From Azospirillum sp. RU38E (GTDB lineage Bacteria > Pseudomonadota > Alphaproteobacteria > Azospirillales > Azospirillaceae): a DNA stretch of 64,000 nt. The translations under genes and the position numbers were made by a program. Below, one piece after another: positions 61,565 to 64,000 of this stretch. Where the stretch lies: positions 2,171 to 66,170 of the forward strand of contig CALRQC020000027.1 in assembly GCA_943370215.1 (NCBI GenBank), read 5' to 3'. Under the pieces are notes generated by a model. That model had not been told where the DNA came from. It worked only from the letters and a program-made list of their open reading frames with translations, and searched no databases. Each line of letters starts with the position of its first letter. Position 1 is the stretch's first letter.

Positions 61565-62605
61565 GTGACCACCAAGAAGCTCATCCTCGCCGCCGTTCTC
61601 GGCGCCGTTTCCGCCGTCGGCCTGGCCGGCGCGGCCGCTGCCCGTGACCAGATCCGCATCGTCGGTTCCTCCACCGTGTTCCCGTTCACCTCGACCGTTG
61701 TCGAGCGTTTCGGCCAGACCACGAAGTTCGGCGCCCCGATCCTGGAATCCACCGGCACCGGCGGCGGTATGAAGCTGTTCTGCTCCGGCGTTGGCGCTGA
61801 TTTCCCGGATGCCACCGGCGCTTCCCGCCCGATGAAGGCTTCGGAGTTCGACACCTGCCAGAAGAATGGCGTGGAGCAGATCACCGAGCTGGTCATCGGC
61901 TATGATGGCATCGGCTTCGTGCACTCCAAGAAGGGCGCGGACATCAAGCTGACCAAGGCCCAACTGTTCCAGGCTGTTGCCAAGGAAGTGGAAGTCAACG
62001 GCCAGATCGTGTCGAACCCCTACAAGAAGTGGTCCGATATCGACAAGTCCCTGCCGGCCGACGACATCGAAATCCTGGGCCCGCCGCCGACCTCTGGCAC
62101 CCGCGACGCCTGGGTTGAGCTGGTGATGGAATCGGGCTGTAAGGAATTCCCGGCCATCAAGGCGCTGGATGCCACCCGTCACGCCGCCGTCTGCAAGACC
62201 GTGCGTGAAGATGGCGCCTATATCGAAGCTGGCGAGAACGACAACGTGATCGTGCAGCGCCTGGAAGCCAACCCGAAGGCCTATGGCATTTTCGGTTACA
62301 GCTACCTGGAACAGAATCAGGACAAGCTGAAGGGCGTGGCCGTCAATGGCGTGCTGCCGACCTATCAGACCATCTCCTCTCAGGAATACCCGATCTCCCG
62401 TCCGCTGTTCGTCTATTTCAAGAACCAGCACATGGGCGTGATCCCGGGCCTGAAGGAATTCATCGCCGAATACGCTTCTGAGCGCGCCATGGGCTCCGAA
62501 GGCTATCTGGTCGACAAGGGTCTGATCCCGCTGCCGGATGCCAAGCGCAAGGCTTCCGAGCAGGCCACGCTGAAGCTGACCCCGATGGCCAAGCCGGCCT
62601 CCTAA
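61565..62605 (+). CDS. pstS: Phosphate ABC transporter substrate-binding protein
   Basis: GTG start 8 nt after GGAGG. Signal peptide TTKKLILAAVLGAVSAVGLAGAAAA. IRIVGSSTVFPF...STGTGGG is the PBP_like_2 phosphate-binding block. It is followed by pstC. Confidence 0.9.
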   Translation: MTTKKLILAAVLGAVSAVGLAGAAAARDQIRIVGSSTVFPFTSTVVERFGQTTKFGAPILESTGTGGGMKLFCSGVGADFPDATGASRPMKASEFDTCQKNGVEQITELVIGYDGIGFVHSKKGADIKLTKAQLFQAVAKEVEVNGQIVSNPYKKWSDIDKSLPADDIEILGPPPTSGTRDAWVELVMESGCKEFPAIKALDATRHAAVCKTVREDGAYIEAGENDNVIVQRLEANPKAYGIFGYSYLEQNQDKLKGVAVNGVLPTYQTISSQEYPISRPLFVYFKNQHMGVIPGLKEFIAEYASERAMGSEGYLVDKGLIPLPDAKRKASEQATLKLTPMAKPAS

Positions 62606-62713
62606 GGCAAGGCTGTCATCCGGTATTGGGTTCCCGCGGCGCCTTCCGGTCGTCGCGGGATTCCCGTACCTAGGTGACGATGATCTCCCTTCGACTGCGG
62701 ACGGGTATCCTTC

Positions 62714-64000
62714 ATGTCAGCCACGTTCACCGTCGGCCTGCTGCTGCTGCTTTCCCTTATCGGCTATGTGATGGGGCGCAGCCGGGCCGTCACCGTCGCC
62801 GGCGGTAGCATCGCCACCCTTCATTCTGTTCCCAATTACTATGGCAGCTATGTGGCGCTGTGGGCGGGGCTTCCCTCCCTGGTGCTGGTGCTGTTCTGGA
62901 TGTCGCTACGCGGGCCGGTCATTGACTGGCTGGTGCTGGACGGTCTGACCCAGCAGCAGATCACGGCTTGGGCGCAGGTGATGTTGCCGCCGAACGATTT
63001 GCAAAATCTGCTGGCCAATATCGCTCAGGAAACGGCGGCTCTGACAGAGACCCACCGTCAGTTGTTGCTGATCAACATCAACAATCTGGCAGCCGGCCAG
63101 GCGCAATATGTAAATCCTGCGGCTGTTCAGGCGATCCAGCCGGCGGCCGATCACCTCAACAGCCTGCGCAGCTTGTCCAACTGGACATTGCTTGCCGCTG
63201 CTGCCGCCTTGTCGGCCGGTGCGCTGGGATATTGCTGGTCGCGTATCAGCCCGGCTTTCCGTGCGCGCAATAATGTGGAGCGGATCGTCACCGGGTTGCT
63301 GATCCTCAGCTCCACCATCGCGATTTTCACCACCATCGGCATCGTGCTGTCGCTGCTCTTCGAGAGCCTGCGCTTCTTCGCCAAGGTGCCGGTGACCGAA
63401 TTCCTGTTCGGCCTGCATTGGAGCCCGCAGACGGCCATCCGCGCTGATCAGGTCGGCTCCTCTGGCTCTTTCGGTGCCATCCCGCTGTTCACCGGTACGA
63501 TGCTGGTTGCCGTTATTGCCATGGTGGTGGCGGCCCCGGTCGGCCTGATGTCGGCGATTTACCTGTCCGAATATGCGCCCAAGCGGGTGCGGTCGCTGGT
63601 GAAGCCGGTGCTGGAGATCCTGGCCGGCGTGCCCACCGTCGTTTATGGCTTCTTCGCCATTCTGACGGTTGCCCCCTTCGTCCGCGATATCGGTACGGCA
63701 CTCGGGCTCAATGTCTCATCCCAGAGTGCGCTGGCGGCTGGTGTGGTGATGGGCGTGATGATCGTGCCCTTCGTCTCATCGCTGGCCGACGACGTGATCA
63801 ATGCGGTGCCGCAATCTCTGCGTGACGGTTCCCTGGGCTTGGGTGCAACCAAGTCGGAAACCATCAAGCAGGTGGTATTGCCGGCGGCACTGCCGGGTAT
63901 TGTCGGTGCGCTGCTGCTGGCCGTCAGCCGGGCCATCGGTGAGACCATGATCGTGGTGATGGCGGCCGGTTTGCAGGCAAACCTGACGCTGAACCCGCTG
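62714..64000 (+). CDS. pstC: Phosphate ABC transporter permease PstC (long form), 3' partial
   Basis: My own translation from ATG 62714 is open to the window end (429 codons), which is why it is absent from the ORF track. It contains FGAIPLFTGT, VLEILAGVPTVVYGFFA and SLRDGSLGLGATKSETI (EAA loop) blocks. Confidence 0.9.
   Translation, partial: MSATFTVGLLLLLSLIGYVMGRSRAVTVAGGSIATLHSVPNYYGSYVALWAGLPSLVLVLFWMSLRGPVIDWLVLDGLTQQQITAWAQVMLPPNDLQNLLANIAQETAALTETHRQLLLININNLAAGQAQYVNPAAVQAIQPAADHLNSLRSLSNWTLLAAAAALSAGALGYCWSRISPAFRARNNVERIVTGLLILSSTIAIFTTIGIVLSLLFESLRFFAKVPVTEFLFGLHWSPQTAIRADQVGSSGSFGAIPLFTGTMLVAVIAMVVAAPVGLMSAIYLSEYAPKRVRSLVKPVLEILAGVPTVVYGFFAILTVAPFVRDIGTALGLNVSSQSALAAGVVMGVMIVPFVSSLADDVINAVPQSLRDGSLGLGATKSETIKQVVLPAALPGIVGALLLAVSRAIGETMIVVMAAGLQANLTLNPL

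Overview
High-GC (visually about 65%) chromosomal segment of alphaproteobacterial type. The lspA-DUF3035-M16 peptidase pair, comEC / gltX-gltA, yqeY...dnaG-rpoD and a PilZ-tailed chemoreceptor suggest a Rhodospirillales/Azospirillum-like organism, but this is inference only. I support about 50 densely packed protein-coding genes, mostly housekeeping. They cover central metabolism (eda, gltA, carA, pdxH, pabB-pabC, psuG), replication and transcription (dnaG, rpoD), translation (gltX) and envelope processing (lspA, sppA, two M16 peptidases). They also cover the prkA-yeaH-spoVR stress operon, signalling, a ligase-associated DNA repair pair, and pstS-pstC at the right edge. The signalling set is two chemoreceptors, a GGDEF-EAL protein, an OmpR-type two-component system and a hybrid kinase. 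I saw no rRNA, tRNA, CRISPR array, transposase, integrase or recognisable defence or toxin genes. Many long ORFs in the track are antisense shadows typical of high-GC DNA. I did not find a convincing novel multi-gene system. The strongest unexplained signals are these. (1) A 1.55 kb almost gene-free, lower-GC, hairpin-rich gap upstream of prkA (16.7-18.2 kb). (2) Phased GTCAT repeats plus a -10-like hexamer plus an intrinsic terminator, which look like a Pho-regulated small transcript upstream of pstS (61.19-61.33 kb). (3) Three independent gene stubs: an ArsR/EamA deletion scar, a DUF817 remnant and a VOC remnant. (4) An AT-rich islet at 25.2-26.2 kb. (5) Several orphan ORFs. All coordinates and motif calls come from reading the sequence. 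Family assignments are from remembered family signatures, not database searches.
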